DNA of 62,950 nt, counting the filler, from Octopus bimaculoides (Eukaryota): NCBI RefSeq assembly GCF_001194135.2. It is 7 parts of 7 records of this genome, joined end to end, with 100 filler letters (N's around TTAATTAATTAA, not from the genome) between each part and the next. Parts side by side here need not be neighbours in the genome. Positions count along the whole stretch, not along the records: positions 15,923 to 32,884 come from NC_068986.1; positions 32,985 to 42,819 come from NC_069002.1; 5 more parts are not named here. One strand, given 5' to 3'. Positions 22,861 through 36,318 of the stretch are shown here, piece by piece. The notes under the pieces are model-generated. The model made no database searches, was not told where the DNA came from, and saw only the letters and a program-made list of their open reading frames with translations. How positions within the stretch are numbered: the first letter of the stretch is position 1; the number at the start of each line of letters is the position of its first letter. A program made the position numbers and the translations under genes.

Positions 22861-24559
22861 ATAAATAAATAAATGAAACAATTCCTCAACAATTATGAAC
22901 CACAATTAAAAATCAATCCATATATAAGGATCCATATTTTACACACAGGCACGCATAAAGAATTCTACACTTCAATAAATTTTTGACACAAAAATAATAC
23001 CTTCCCCAAAACAAAAAAACACATACAATCACACAAAACAAAATGTTCCTAAAAAAACAAAGCACACGCGCACACAGCAAAAATCAAACAAATACAAACA
23101 CAGCAACAACAACAAAAACTACTTCTACTACTACTACTTATTCTCAAAAGACCAACCCGCACATACCACAAAACAAGCTTACATACAAATCAACATATTT
23201 TCAAAAACACAACACGCACACACACACCACAAAATAAAACAAAGAAACAAGCACAGAAACAAAAAAAACAAACCACACACTACAAAAACAAACACACATA
23301 CCAGAAAAATAAACGCATACGACAAAAAAAAAACATACGTAGACGCACCACAAAGCAGTTGAAAAATACATCGTCCGAAACTCTTTCAAATCCATTATCG
23401 ATCATCTTTGACATCCGTTTAACACAATATACGCACACAGCTGATCGTATTCTCAGTAAAAAAGGAACTTGTTAACTGATAACTCAATAAAATTCTTGCC
23501 CCACCCTCACCCACCCCCGATGAAACCTATTTAACACAGTATATACACGCAGCTAACCTTTTCTGAATAAAAAAGAAATTTAAAATGTTTGACACAAAAA
23601 TATTTGCTTCCCCAAAACAGCATACCCCAAGAAAACAAAAGACACGTGTACGCGCGCGCTGCCAGCCGGCCATATCCTGAATAAATACTCGCTATTCAAT
23701 TCAGAAGAATTCTTTTCATTTCAAACGAATTCTTGAAACTTGATCCTTTGAATTCCATTCCAGACCCCTACATAGACAACATATACAAGATCAGACACTA
23801 AGATGAAATTTTACACATTTTCTTAACTCTGCACACAATATGAGAACACACTATTTTTTATTTCTAATTTTTTAATTATTCCCTAATCCTTGACTTTCAA
23901 TTCTTAATAGCTGATAAGATTGACATAATCATCGAAACCTGGTAATATCTTATAAGTCATTCTAGGTAACAAATATAACGATCTGTCAACATACGCAAAT
24001 GTCGAACAGTGAGAGTGAGTACACAGCACTGCATTGGTGGATAAAATTTCTTTATTTCTGTATTAAGGCTACCATTAGTTTCATGTTAATAAAATCATCT
24101 TAATATCCTAACAATTTTTAAAGCTGATCACATGAAGAAATAGTGCTCGTCTCTATTTTTGATGAAAACACAAAATATCTCGAAAATTCACAAAATGGCT
24201 CGTAAAAAAAAACACGGAATCAAGGAGCGCTACTCTTGGATGACGCCTTTTGAACGATTACTTTCTTTTGGTGTGACTTTTGGGGTAAAAACCATGTTGA
24301 ATGGTGAATTTCCATACATTATATTATATTATATGTGATGTTCGCATGTTTTTGTGCCGAGGGAGTTCATCGGGGATGGGGAATATATCTTTTTCATTTT
24401 ATCATTTTTGTTTTCATTTTATCTAGTTTCAGCTCATGAGCTGTGGCCATGCTGGGGCACCGCCATCTTCTATGCATGGAGTTCGTATGTTGTATATATT
24501 CAATGTTCGCATTCAGAGAAGGAAACTATCCATGTGGCATTGGTAGAGTGGATGGTTGT

Positions 24560-25060
24560 TCCTCTTTGAAATGTCAGAATGTGAAATATTGTTTGTGCAT
24601 GCAAGGAGAGAAGGTTTCATCCCTAATATTTAAGATGTTACCTGTTGATTTCGATTATATTTAGCTTATACCCCGTCCGCAGTATTTTCTGGCTCCATGT
24701 TATCTGGTGGTTGCTTACTTCTTCTTTCAATATCTATATAATATTGGGACGGAGGTCTGGCATGTTTTTTTTTAAATTGTTGTCCCTGAATGACGCCACG
24801 TGTCGTGTGAATCTATTTTTAAATGAGTTGCCCGTCACTCCGTCTTTGTTACTTCGTCAGGTTCCATGATTCTGGCCTTGTACATGAGTACTTTTTCAAG
24901 ACTGTTATTAGTTAGAGGACGGCAGTAGTGGAGATCTACAGTTAGTGTTTTTCGAGGGACAGACTTAGTGAATTTCTTTTAATTGTGACTGAGTATTATC
25001 GACCCTATATTGGGGTGGCAACTATAGCTAACTTTAACCTTGTTTCTATTGAAGATCCTA
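24560..25060 (-). mobile_element. Penelope-like GIY-YIG endonuclease fragment
   Basis: Minus-strand GVTGNSFKNRFTRHVASFR and TSVPILYR-like segment; degenerate. Confidence 0.55.
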
Positions 25061-25357
25061 TGATATTTGTGTGAATGTGTCAAGTGATTGTCTATTTATT
25101 TCAACAATTTCCTATGTTCATGTAGTAGCTACATTCATTCTATAAGATGGTTTAACCCATAAGATTTTCCTCTGTCTGTGTCTTTTTTATGCAAATATAC
25201 ATGCATATTATCAATTTATGATAATAGAAAGGAAATATTAATAAATGTTACACGAAAAGATTGATTGATTAACTTGAAAAAACAATAGGCGCGCATATAA
25301 TTTACAAATGTTTAATTATTCGGTATCTTTTTTTTTTATATCCGAGTGGATACTTAC

Positions 25358-25436
25358 CTTCACTGAAAGCTCCTATTAAAGTTGTTATTGTTGTCAAAGA
25401 CAACAAGCAAAATGTAAATAGTCGTTTCATAGTCAT
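25358..25436 (-). CDS. Orphan secreted protein, coding exon 1: signal peptide MTMKRLFTFCLLSLTTITTLIGAFSE
   Basis: Acceptor tttgtaatttcAG|ATG; basic N-terminus followed by a hydrophobic core; donor GAAG|GTAAGT, phase 1. Confidence 0.8.
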
Positions 25437-25472
25437 CTGAAATTACAAATTTAATTGTAAATAATCGAACTA

Positions 25473-26719
25473 TCAGGTTGAGTAAAAAGTAAGCAATGTT
25501 TTGGACCATGAAGAATTTGTACCGGATTTTTACTGAGTTTTGAATTCCTTTTTTTTTTTAACACGTTTTTGCAATTGACTGATAATACAGGCATAGATTT
25601 GTCCAGATGCATCAATAAATTAATATTGATATTTTTTTCACCCTTGTTACAATCATTGGAAATGGAACTGTCAAAGAGCGATATTCAAGCAATTTTGCTT
25701 TTCAACTTCAAAATGGCCGTAAAGCAGCTGAAACTGCTCGCGATATCAATGAAACGTTTGGTGAGGAAATGACCAGTGAGTGGTCAGCTCGAAAATGGTT
25801 TAAACGATTTCGCAGTGGAGACCTGGGCCTTGAAGATCGCGAGCGTAGTGAACGCCCATCTATCATCGATGATGATCAATTAAAGACCGTCGTTGAAAAA
25901 GATCCACGTAAAACCATTTGAGAACTGGCAAAATAACTTCAAGTTAACCAGAAAACTGCCTGCAATCATTTGCATGCGATCAGAAAACAAAAAACCTCGA
26001 CAAATGGCTACCACACGATTTGAATGAAAATAAGAAAATCCGTGGTTATGATATTTGCTCGTCGCTTCTTCTCTGTAACCAGACCAATCTATTTTTCGAC
26101 CGTATAGTAACTTGCGATGAAAAGTGGATTCTGTACAATAATAAAAATACGTTCACCGCAGTGGTTGGACCAAAATGAAGCACCGAAAACCTTCCCTAAA
26201 CCCGAGCTCTTCGAAAAGAAGGTTATGGTGACTGTTTAATTGTGTACTGCTAGTCTCATCCGCTAAAACTTCTTAAAACCCGGAAAAACCATTACTGCAG
26301 AAACATATTGCCGTGAAATTGCCGAAATGAACGAAAAACTGCTAATCTTCATGACAATGCTCGACCATACGTTTGACTAATGACGCTCCAGAATTTGAGG
26401 GAACTTGGTTACGAAGTTCTTCCACACCTAGCTTATTCCCCAGACCTTTCCCCTACCGACTACCAGTTTTTCAAGCGCCTCCAGGGTTTCCTGTGAGAGA
26501 AGGAGTTCAAAAATAAAACCGATACCTAAAGGACATCAGTTCGAGAACTCCAGATTTTTATGTTACCGGAATAAACAAACTTGTAACTCGTTGGCAAAAA
26601 TGTGTTCATTGCAATGAGACTAATTTTGATAGATAAAAGTTCCATATTGTTGAAATATATATTGTGATAAATGATAAATTTCAAGTTTCAAAATGTTGCT
26701 TACATATTACTCAGCTTGA
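25473..26719 (+). mobile_element. Near full-length mariner transposon (1247 bp), transposase pseudogenised
   Basis: About 30-bp TIRs TCAGGTTGAGTAAAAAGTAAGCAATGTTTT / AAAATGTTGCTTACATATTACTCAGCTTGA; TA on both sides; WLPHDL, IVTCDEKW, HDNARP and YSPDLSPTDY motifs; frameshifts and stops. Confidence 0.92.
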
Positions 26720-27354
26720 TAGTAATTGCTTTGTAATTCAGAAAAAAAGTAGATACAAATGTGAACTTTTGGGACGCATATATATGTATATATATATATA
26801 TATNNNNNNNNNNNNNNNNNNNNNNNNNNNNNNNNNNNNNNNNNNNNNNNNNNNNNNNNNNNNNNNNNNNNNNNNNNNNNNNNNNNNNNNNNNNNNNNNN
26901 NNNCTTTCATCCTTTCGGGGTCGATAAATTAAGTACCAGTTGCGCACTGGGCTTGAACTAATCGACTGACACCCTCCCCACAAATTTTTCCTTTGAAATA
27001 CAGAAACTGTCTATTTCTGCCAGCTGGGTGGATTGGAGCAACGTAAAATAAAATGCTCTGCTAAGGGACACAATGCGCCGCAGGGTGTCGAACTCACCAC
27101 AATATGCTTTGACACACACTCACTTCTCGACCTTTAGGTATACTCATTTATTTATTTATATACAAATACACAGAAGGATAGAGACAGAGACAGACAGTGA
27201 TTTCTCGAGTTATTTCCTGCGGGAGGCTAAAAACTTGAGAGAATATGTTCCTCATTATAATAAAATCAGCCGTACTGAATTTATGTACGTAATTTCCTTT
27301 AAAAACTAAGTGATTAAGCCAACATGATACAATATATTCTACACTTTTACTTAC

Positions 27355-27420
27355 CTTATGAACTTGAAGATGGTTACGTTTGAGATGTAAAATGATATAA
27401 GTAAATTTCAAATGCTTGAA
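27355..27420 (-). other. Candidate non-coding 5' UTR exon of the orphan secreted-protein gene (5' end approximate)
   Basis: Consensus donor cataag|GTAAGT at 27354; splicing to 25436 puts aag directly before the ATG. Confidence 0.4.
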
Positions 27421-27862
27421 GAAAATACATTGGTGCTGACAACAGCTGTTAGCTTTGTTTCCTGATAAATATTATTGAAGTTTTACCGAATGTCGCAACT
27501 CCGTCTTAGCTTTTTTATTTGATTTATGATAAGTCATAAATTGCCAAGGCAAAATATTACAAAGCACCGGATATCATCTCTTGTGTATCTATGTTCTAGT
27601 GTAATCGCCAGCAAGATATAGTCCCAAATAACGATGAAATATATTCGTAAATATAATAAAATTCTGGAAATGCTTGCATCTCACAGTCTGGATAGGTGTC
27701 GCTGCGAGCAGATTTGGGTGTATTTACACGATTTGTCTACAGCGAGAAATATTCTCAATCACAAAACACAGAATTGTTTGCTTGTTTACGAGTTCAAACA
27801 TGCCATTAGCATATTTGAACTGGTAATACCATTGCATCTATACATATCACTACTCATCGCTT

Positions 27863-28250
27863 GGATGCGCAATGGCCCAGTGGTTAGGACAGCGGAATTG
27901 CAGTCATAGGATCGCGGTTTCGATTCCCAGACCGGGCGTTGTGAGTGTTTATTGAGCGAAAACACCTAAAGCTCCACGAGGCTCCGGCAGGGGATGGTGG
28001 TGAACCCTGCTGTGCTCTTCCACCACAACTTTCTCTCAATCTTTCTTCCTGTTTCTGTTGTACCTGTACTTCAAAGGGTCAGCCTTGTCACACTATGTCA
28101 CGCTGAATCTCCCCGAGAACTACGTTAAGGGTACACGTGTCTGTGGATTGCTCAGCCACTTGCACGTTAATTTCACGAGCACGCTGTTCCCTTGATCGGA
28201 TCAACTGGAACGCTCGACGTCGTAAGCGACCAAGTGCCAACAACAACAAC
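27863..28250 (+). mobile_element. tRNA-derived SINE family D with Pol III A and B boxes
   Basis: A box TGGCCCAGTGG 27873-27883, B box GGTTTCGATTCC 27916-27927, (CAA)n tail; closely similar copy at 36319-36714 and an inverted fragment at about 18430-18690. Confidence 0.85.
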
Positions 28251-29769
28251 TCAGCGATTCCATCCCGTAATTTCATGTAACGGTTCTGATAAAATTTTAA
28301 GACATCGCACTAACACTCAAACATGAATGCTACGACTCTAATAACCGAAACAGTTGAAAACTAATAAATGTGCTTACATAGCTCTTGTTTTTCAGGGTTT
28401 TTTTGTGTCCTTCATTTAAGAAGTTTAAACATATGATACCGACTCACTCTTTAATGATATTCAGAAACTATCAATGAGGTCTCATATTGTACATTCAGTA
28501 AGTAAGCTCTGTGCTTCGTTACTGGTTCATATAAAAATTTGAAGAGAACATCAGCGACGTTACGTCAGCTCACAACTGAATTTAGTAACATTATGCATTA
28601 TAAGTATAATTATTTAGAATTTTAGTGGACTAGTTATTAGTCGATCCTACCATGGAAATTATAGACATAATTGTTCAATTCTTTATTGAATTTCTCAAGT
28701 TTAATTTCTAATATTTTAATTAAAACATTTTTAAGACTTTAATTTTTATTTTCTTTAATTTTTTCATTTTTCTATTCTTTAATCTTTCAATTCATATTTT
28801 TTTAATATTTTTAATTACATAATTACTTAATATTTTTATTTTTATTTTTCAATTTTATTGTCAATTCTATCTATATATATATATATTTAGCATTTGTTTC
28901 AATTTTATCTTCAATTTTAATTTCAGTTTTAATTTAATTTAACTTTTCACTTCGTTAGTTTGGAATTCATTAGAGCCTTATTAATTTCAATGTTAACTTT
29001 TAATATCTTTTTTAATTTTAATCCTTTAACCTTTAAAATTTTCGGAAGGGTTTTCTTTTTCATTTTTTTTTTTTTTTTTTTTTTTTTTNNNNNNNNNNNN
29101 NNNNNNNNNNNNNNNNNNNNNNNNNNNNNNNNNNNNNNNNNNNNNNNNNNNNNNNNNNNNNNNNNNNNNNNNNNNNNNNNNNNNNNNNNNNNNNNNNNNN
29201 NNNNNNNNNNNNNNNNNNNNNNNNNNNNNNNNNNNNNNNNNNNNNNNNNNNNNNNNNNNNNNNNNNNNNNNNNNNNNNNNNNNNNNNNNNNNNNNNNNNN
29301 NNNNNNNNNNNNNNNNNNNNNNNNNNNNNNNNNNNNNNNNNNNNNNNNNNNNNNNNNNNNNNNNNNNNNNNNNNNNNNNNNNNNNNNNNNNNNNNNNNNN
29401 NNNNNNNNNNNNNNNNNNNNNNNNNNNNNNNNNNNNNNNNNNNNNNNNNNNNNNNNNNNNNNNNNNNNNNNNNNNNNNNNNNNNNNNNNNNNNNNNNNNN
29501 NNNNNNNNNNNNNNNNNNNNNNNNNNNNNNNNNNNNNNNNNNNNNNNNNNNNNNNNNNNNNNNNNNNNACCGGTTTCGGTCATTGAGACTTCTTCAACTG
29601 TAAGTATGGAAAAGAATTAAATTTTGGAAAAATTAAATGAAAAGATTTTTAAAAGAATATTTGCACAGTATTCAAATACAAGGGGCATTTTCCTTGATTC
29701 TGCCTGTCCCTGTCTCTCTTGTTTACTCTTGTGGGTTCGAGGTCGTTGTGAATTCTTGGCAGAGAAGAA

Positions 29770-30640
29770 GAAGAAGATGAATCCTGGAGAATCCTGGAGA
29801 TGTTGCGCATATCAACAGGAGTTGGACTCAATATACAGGTGGGCTGAGGAAAATAACAAGTAGTTTAGTTATAGAAAATTCTAAGCTCTGCGCTACTAAC
29901 ACGACGCTGAATGAAAAACAGACAGGATATACCGGCCCGGAAGGCTGCAATCGCTGAATCAAAATAGATCCCTGACTTGAACATTGACATGAATAATAAT
30001 GCATGTTTTTAGGTGATATTACAGAATTAGCAATAAAATGTAGACGATTGGCCGGATGGATCCTTAGAACTTTCAGAACGAAAGAACAGGAAACGATGAC
30101 GGTCTTCTGGGAGAGATTTGTCCTCAGCCGTTTAGTTTACTGCTCAGAATTATGATCACAATACACTTCGAAGTAATCCAGCGAAGCTACTCAAAGTAGA
30201 ACCTATCAATGCGACCCTAGAACGAAGGTGGATATGCATCTGGAAAATCATAGAAGAACATGTACCGAATTTTGGCATTGAAAGTTATACAAACAGCAGA
30301 ACAGGGCGCCACTGCATAGAACTAAAAATCTCAACATTGCCATCAGAATACAGGACCAGATACTGCAACAAATTGGGCTTCAAGGACCCACAGCCCTTCA
30401 ATATCCTCCCACAAACCATGAGAGACCTACATGGAGTGGAAGTATGCTTTTTCAAAACAAAAATGTATGTCCTCTTGTTAACAGTTCTGGATGAAACTAC
30501 CTCGCCTGAAGAAACGCAGATGAGGGCAGCAACATCAAACTCCTTCATTCACCGAATGCCACACGCCAGAGGAGGTTTAGTGGAAGTGTAGTAAATCAAA
30601 CGGCGGTGCCCCAGCATGGCCACAGCTGTCTAACTGAAAC
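29770..30640 (+). mobile_element. CR1/Jockey-group LINE 3' relic
   Basis: QQELDSIYRWAEENN, CRRLAGWILRTFRT, FNILPQTMRDL and RAATSNS; its 3' end GGCGGTGCCCCAGCATGGCCACAGC resembles the SINE-C tail. Confidence 0.75.
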
Positions 30641-30656
30641 TACACACACACACACG

Positions 30657-30735
<79 letters not shown>

Positions 30736-30989
30736 GCATAAAAACATGCTGAACTATTCAGAAATCTGCAGTTACTCTATCCAGATTGCAATTTCAGGTT
30801 TATACCTGTAATTATTGGGGCCCTGAGATATATAACACATATCAATTTTCAGATACCAATCTTAAATATCAATCTTGAGAAATAAGGCTTCTCAAAACCA
30901 GAAAGGAGAAAGCTAATTCGAAGACTACAAATCCAATTTATTTCTGGAACTGTTAAAATTTGTAAAAGTTTCCAAAAGTTTAACATTTA

Positions 30990-31202
<213 letters not shown>

Positions 31203-31599
31203 CTAGAAACCGGCTCTTCCTTTATTGCCAAGAAATCTTGAAATCAAAGTGAGGTGCGCAAGCGTGTGCAGCGTTCTTGAGTCTTATACTGCTTTCATTC
31301 ATTGAAATAGACTGAAGACAAATCTTAATAATTTTCAAACAACCGTGTCAATCCGATTGCTAAATTAAGGCTAATGTTTGTTTTATCCACTGCTGTGTGT
31401 CAAATTGCTAGATTTGCACATATACAGGACAAACATAAGATCAGTTTTTTTTTTTAGACAGATGTAAACGTACACAGACGCCGTCAGACATACGAACGCA
31501 CAGGTATATACAAACACACATAAACACAGGCATATACAAACACATATCACACACACATATACATACATACATATATACATACATACATACATACATACA

Positions 31600-31631
<32 letters not shown>

Positions 31632-32109
31632 CTCATATGAATGCCTGCCCATGTATTTACATATACATAGATGACGAAGGGAAATAACCCTGAAACCCGG
31701 GTCCGTTCGTGCTACAGATCACGATGAGAGGGATAACTTCCCTTGGCAAAACAAACAGGACACAGAAGTGTGTCGATAAGCCAGCTGGAGGAGATGTCCT
31801 CCTGGGGCTAAAAGCAACAGTAACATCCACCCCTAGGGGTCAGCCACATTTAAGTGGCAATATACTTCACTTTATNNNNNNNNNNNNNNNNNNNNNNNNN
31901 NNNNNNNNNNNNNNNNNNNNNNNNNNNNNNNNNNNNNNNNNNNNNNNNNNNNNNNNNNNNNNNNNNNNNNNNNNNNNNNNNNNNNNNNNNNNNNNNNNNN
32001 NNNNNNNNNNNNNNNNNNNNNNNNNNNNNNNNNNNNNNNNNNNNTATATATATACATATATATATATATATACATACATACATGCGTACATACATGCATA
32101 CTTACTTAA

Positions 32110-32740
32110 AACTTTATGCAAAGAATTTGCTTGAGATGAAAATGAGCCTTGACCTAGTTACATTTTCAAAGGATGTAGGACTGGAGTTTGGTCAGAATAA
32201 ATGTTGTTATATGGCTGTGAAAAGGGAGAAGACTATACATCATAATAGTAACATCTCCATCAAGGAGTTGACTGTTTCCCCTGTACCTGACGAGGAATGT
32301 TACAGGTGTCTAGCGGTGGATGAAAATATATCTTACAGTGGCACCTGTAACAAAACATATGTGACTAAGGAATATTACAGCCGAATAAAGAAAATTTGGC
32401 CCTCAGAACTCTCTGCATTCAATAAAACAGCGGCCCACAATGTGCTTGCAGTGCCAATACTCATAACAACATTTGGGTGCTCGATTGGACGCTTGATGGG
32501 ATCCGAGCCCTTGATGTGAAAACCCGAAAAATACTAACAAGCACACATAATTTCCACATAAACAGTGACGTAGACCGCCTCTACCTGAAACGAAAGCAGA
32601 GCGGCAGAGGCTTAGCATCGATCCAAAATGCCTTTGAATGCCCTTTGAGTAACATCTTTTAACTACCAAGTGTCGAAGTGCATCCATGAGGCTGATAACA
32701 GCATAAGACTTGGAAGGTAGATCCTTGAGCAACACTCCTT
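32110..32740 (+). mobile_element. R4/Dong-like LINE relic
   Basis: FSKDVGLEFGQNKC, SELSAFNK..LAVPIL and DVDRLYLKRKQSGRGL. Confidence 0.85.
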
Positions 32741-33495
32741 GTCTGGTAACCTAGAATACATGCCCAAAGAAGTCACGCGACTCTACTGCAACGTATCATC
32801 AGAAAAAAGGATGAGCCTATATGAGCAGAAGACTATGGTTAAACACACATTCATATGTGTGTATGTGTGTGTATCGATATATATNNNNNNNNNNNNNNNN
32901 NNNNNNNNNNNNNNNNNNNNNNNNNNNNTTAATTAATTAANNNNNNNNNNNNNNNNNNNNNNNNNNNNNNNNNNNNNNNNNNNNTATATATATACACATA
33001 TGCATATATGCGATGCAATGGGTAAGTTGTCGCCAAAGACAGGACCAGCAGAGCAGCCTGGTTTCGAGCTATTTCTGCCCTTCCAGCCAAGCTGTTAGAA
33101 AGAACCTAAACGAAGTTATTAGTAGTCATGGACGTTAAATTCTAATCGATGGGGTTAGCCGTAATCTGGAACATAACTGAGAGCTGCTACGGCATCCGCC
33201 CGGATAATATATCCCTCTAAACTTACACATACACACGCACATATACATATGTGTGTGTGTATGTATGTATGTGGTATATATACATATATATATCCTATAT
33301 AAATATGTGTGTGTGTATGTATCTGTATTAGCGCATATGACTATTTGTGAGAGTAATCATCCGTTGTCTCATACGTACGCCACTTGTTTTTCCGTCTAAA
33401 ATAGCATATTACCTTCAGTAATTTCCATCAAACGCACACCCACACACCCACACACACACACGCGCGCACACACGTACAGACTCAGGAATATTCAG

Positions 33496-33533
<38 letters not shown>

Positions 33534-34559
33534 NNNNNNNNNNNNNNNNNNNNNNNNNNNNNNNNNNNNNNNNNNNNNNNNNNNNNNNNNNNNNNNNNNN
33601 NNNNNNNNNNNNNNNNNNNNNNNNNNNNNNNNNNNNNNNNNNNNNNNNNNNNNNNNNNNNNNNNNNNNNNNNNNNNNNNNNNNNNNNNNNNNNNNNNNNN
33701 NNNNNNNNNNNNNNNNNNNNNNNNNNNNNNNNNNNNNNNNNNNNNNNNNNNNNNNNNNNNNNNNNNNNNNNNNNNNNNNNNNNNNNNNNNNNNNNNNNNN
33801 NNNNNNNNNNNNNNNNNNNNNNNNNNNNNNNNNNNNNNNNNNNNNNNNNNNNNNNNNNNNNNNNNNNNNNNNNNNNNNNNNNNNNNNNNNNNNNNNNNNN
33901 NNNNNNNNNNNNNNNNNNNNNNNNNNNNNNNNNNNNNNNNNNNNNNNNNNNNNNNNNNNNNNNNNNNNNNNNNNNNNNNNNNNNNNNNNNNNNNNNNNNN
34001 NNNNNNNNNNNNNNNNNNNNNNNNNNNNNNNNNNNNNNNNNNNNNNNNNNNNNNNNNNNNNNNNNNNNNNNNNNNNNNNNNNNNNNNNNNNNNNNNNNNN
34101 NNNNNNNNNNNNNNNNNNNNNNNNNNNNNNNNNNNNNNNNNNNNNNNNNNNNNNNNNNNNNNNNNNNNNNNNNNNNNNNNNNNNNNNNNNNNNNNNNNNN
34201 NNNNNNNNNNNNNNNNNNNNNNNNNNNNNNNTATATATATATAAACATACATACTGAATGCAGCATATGAACTTACTACACTATATTACGCTTCTCAAAC
34301 TCAAGAAACATACCACTAATAATAATAATAATATTCGTAATAATAACTCTGATCTTTAAACCACATAAAATCCCAAGAAATTATGGTCGGATAGACAGAG
34401 AATAAGCTGTCTCCAGCGTGTGACAGTTATGTTATTAGTTTGACATTGGAAGGACAAAAGAAGAGATAACCAGCGGTGAGAGGGTTGATATCCACAATAT
34501 TAAAATATGCGCGTTTTGGATTGTTTGGGAACAGAGGGTGTTTTGTAGTTTTATTACAT

Positions 34560-34672
34560 CGACATCGTCATCATTATCGCTGTCATCCTGACCGTCGGCA
34601 TGCTTGTCATCATCGACATCATCGTCGTCGTCGTCGCTGTCGTCGTCGTGAACACCAGCGTCATCGTCTTCG

Positions 34673-34721
<49 letters not shown>

Positions 34722-34810
34722 CCTCCTCATCATCATCATCATCATCATCATCACCATTATCATCATCCTCTTCATCATCATCATCAGCATCATCAGCATC
34801 ATCATCATCG

Positions 34811-34842
<32 letters not shown>

Positions 34843-34966
34843 GTCATCATCATCATCATCATCATCGTCATCATCATCATCATCGTCATCATCATCATCA
34901 TCGTCATCATCACCATCATCATCATCACCATCATCATCATCATCGTCATCATCGTCATCATCGTCG

Positions 34967-35006
<40 letters not shown>

Positions 35007-35110
35007 CATCATCATCATCATCATCATCATCATCACCATTATCATCATCCCCTTCATCATCATCATCATCATCATCATCATCGTCATCATCGTCATCATC
35101 GTCATCATCG

Positions 35111-35150
<40 letters not shown>

Positions 35151-35155
35151 CATCA
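34560..35155. repeat. Long imperfect (CAT)n trinucleotide array
   Basis: About 600 bp of CAT/CGT/CCT units; open as poly-D, poly-H, poly-M and poly-I in different frames. Confidence 0.95.
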
Positions 35156-35525
35156 TTCCAGACGTAGGTTCGTCTCGGAAAGGTCTCACACTGGCGCCAA
35201 CTTATTTCCTCATCCATTTTAGCCCAAGACACACCGGAGCCGGGTCATGTGTTTTTCTCTGTTTCCCGCACAGGGTTATCACTGTCAACCTTGAAGACCC
35301 CCCCNNNNNNNNNNNNNNNNNNNNNNNNNNNNNNNNNNNNNNNNNNNNNNCCGCCGCCCACCTTTATTTTATATCTATAATAAGTTGACGCACGCCGAAA
35401 TTCATCCAACAAGTGTATCCATAGTGACAGATTCTTGTTCGTCCATTTTCCGTCCGAGGGAAATAAATACACCATTAAATCCGAAATAGAACTCTCCTCT
35501 CAACTCTCTCTCTCTCTCTCTCTTT

Positions 35526-35581
<56 letters not shown>

Positions 35582-36318
35582 CGCACTTACATATACACAC
35601 ACATAACTACACATATAGACATAAACACACACTCAAAGCACATATATACACATTTCATAGATATTGTTCGTTTGAAAGATATTTGCTGGAATCTTGGCGT
35701 TTTGAAGTCACTTCGTTTTATGTGAAATGATACTCACGTAATTCTTGTATTTCCTTCTTTTCACTCCTTAGTCTCTTTTGCATTATTTTAATGGCTGACC
35801 ATTTCTCTTCCATTATTCCTGTTTTCATATTGAGCTCCTAACGCATATACGAACAAACGACTTGTGAAAATGTATCTTCCTATTTTTTCGCCGCCATTTT
35901 AGTACGTCTGTTTCTTCGGATCTGTTTCTTCATAATCTATCCTCTGTCGTTTCTGTCTCAGTTGGGTTTGCTGTTGTTGGCGTTGAAAATGTTGTTATTG
36001 TTGTTCTTCTTGTCCTCCTTGCTACTGCTGCTGCAGTTATTAGCACAGCTGACGATATTTCTATTATAGGTAAAATTTTGTTATTATTTTCGCTATTGTT
36101 CATGTTAATTTTATTGTCGGTTTCGCTGCTTGTATCAAAATTATACTCATTTCAGTTATTTGGGAAGTTTCCAAATTGCAAAACAATCGTATTTATTTCT
36201 TCGTGTCTTCTGCATAAGTTGGCTACAAACATTACAGAATCTTCGAGAACAACGATTTATCAGCAATGGTAGAGCTTCGAATGAACTGCTATTTGGTATT
36301 TAGTCTGCTCACTTGAGT

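Noticed and set aside
23995-24059. Phase 1-1 cassette exon (EIKKFYPPMQCC..) for the orphan secreted gene
   Set aside because: The splice sites are plausible but the peptide shows no relation to the other exons and lies among repeat debris.
27863-27935. tRNA genes (also at 36319, 36727 and 43500)
   Set aside because: A and B boxes are present but run into shared SINE bodies, with no complete cloverleaf.
34435-35232. 265-aa poly-Asp ORF, Aspein-like biomineralisation protein
   Set aside because: It is a (CAT)n microsatellite that is open in several frames on both strands, with no signal peptide or splice support.
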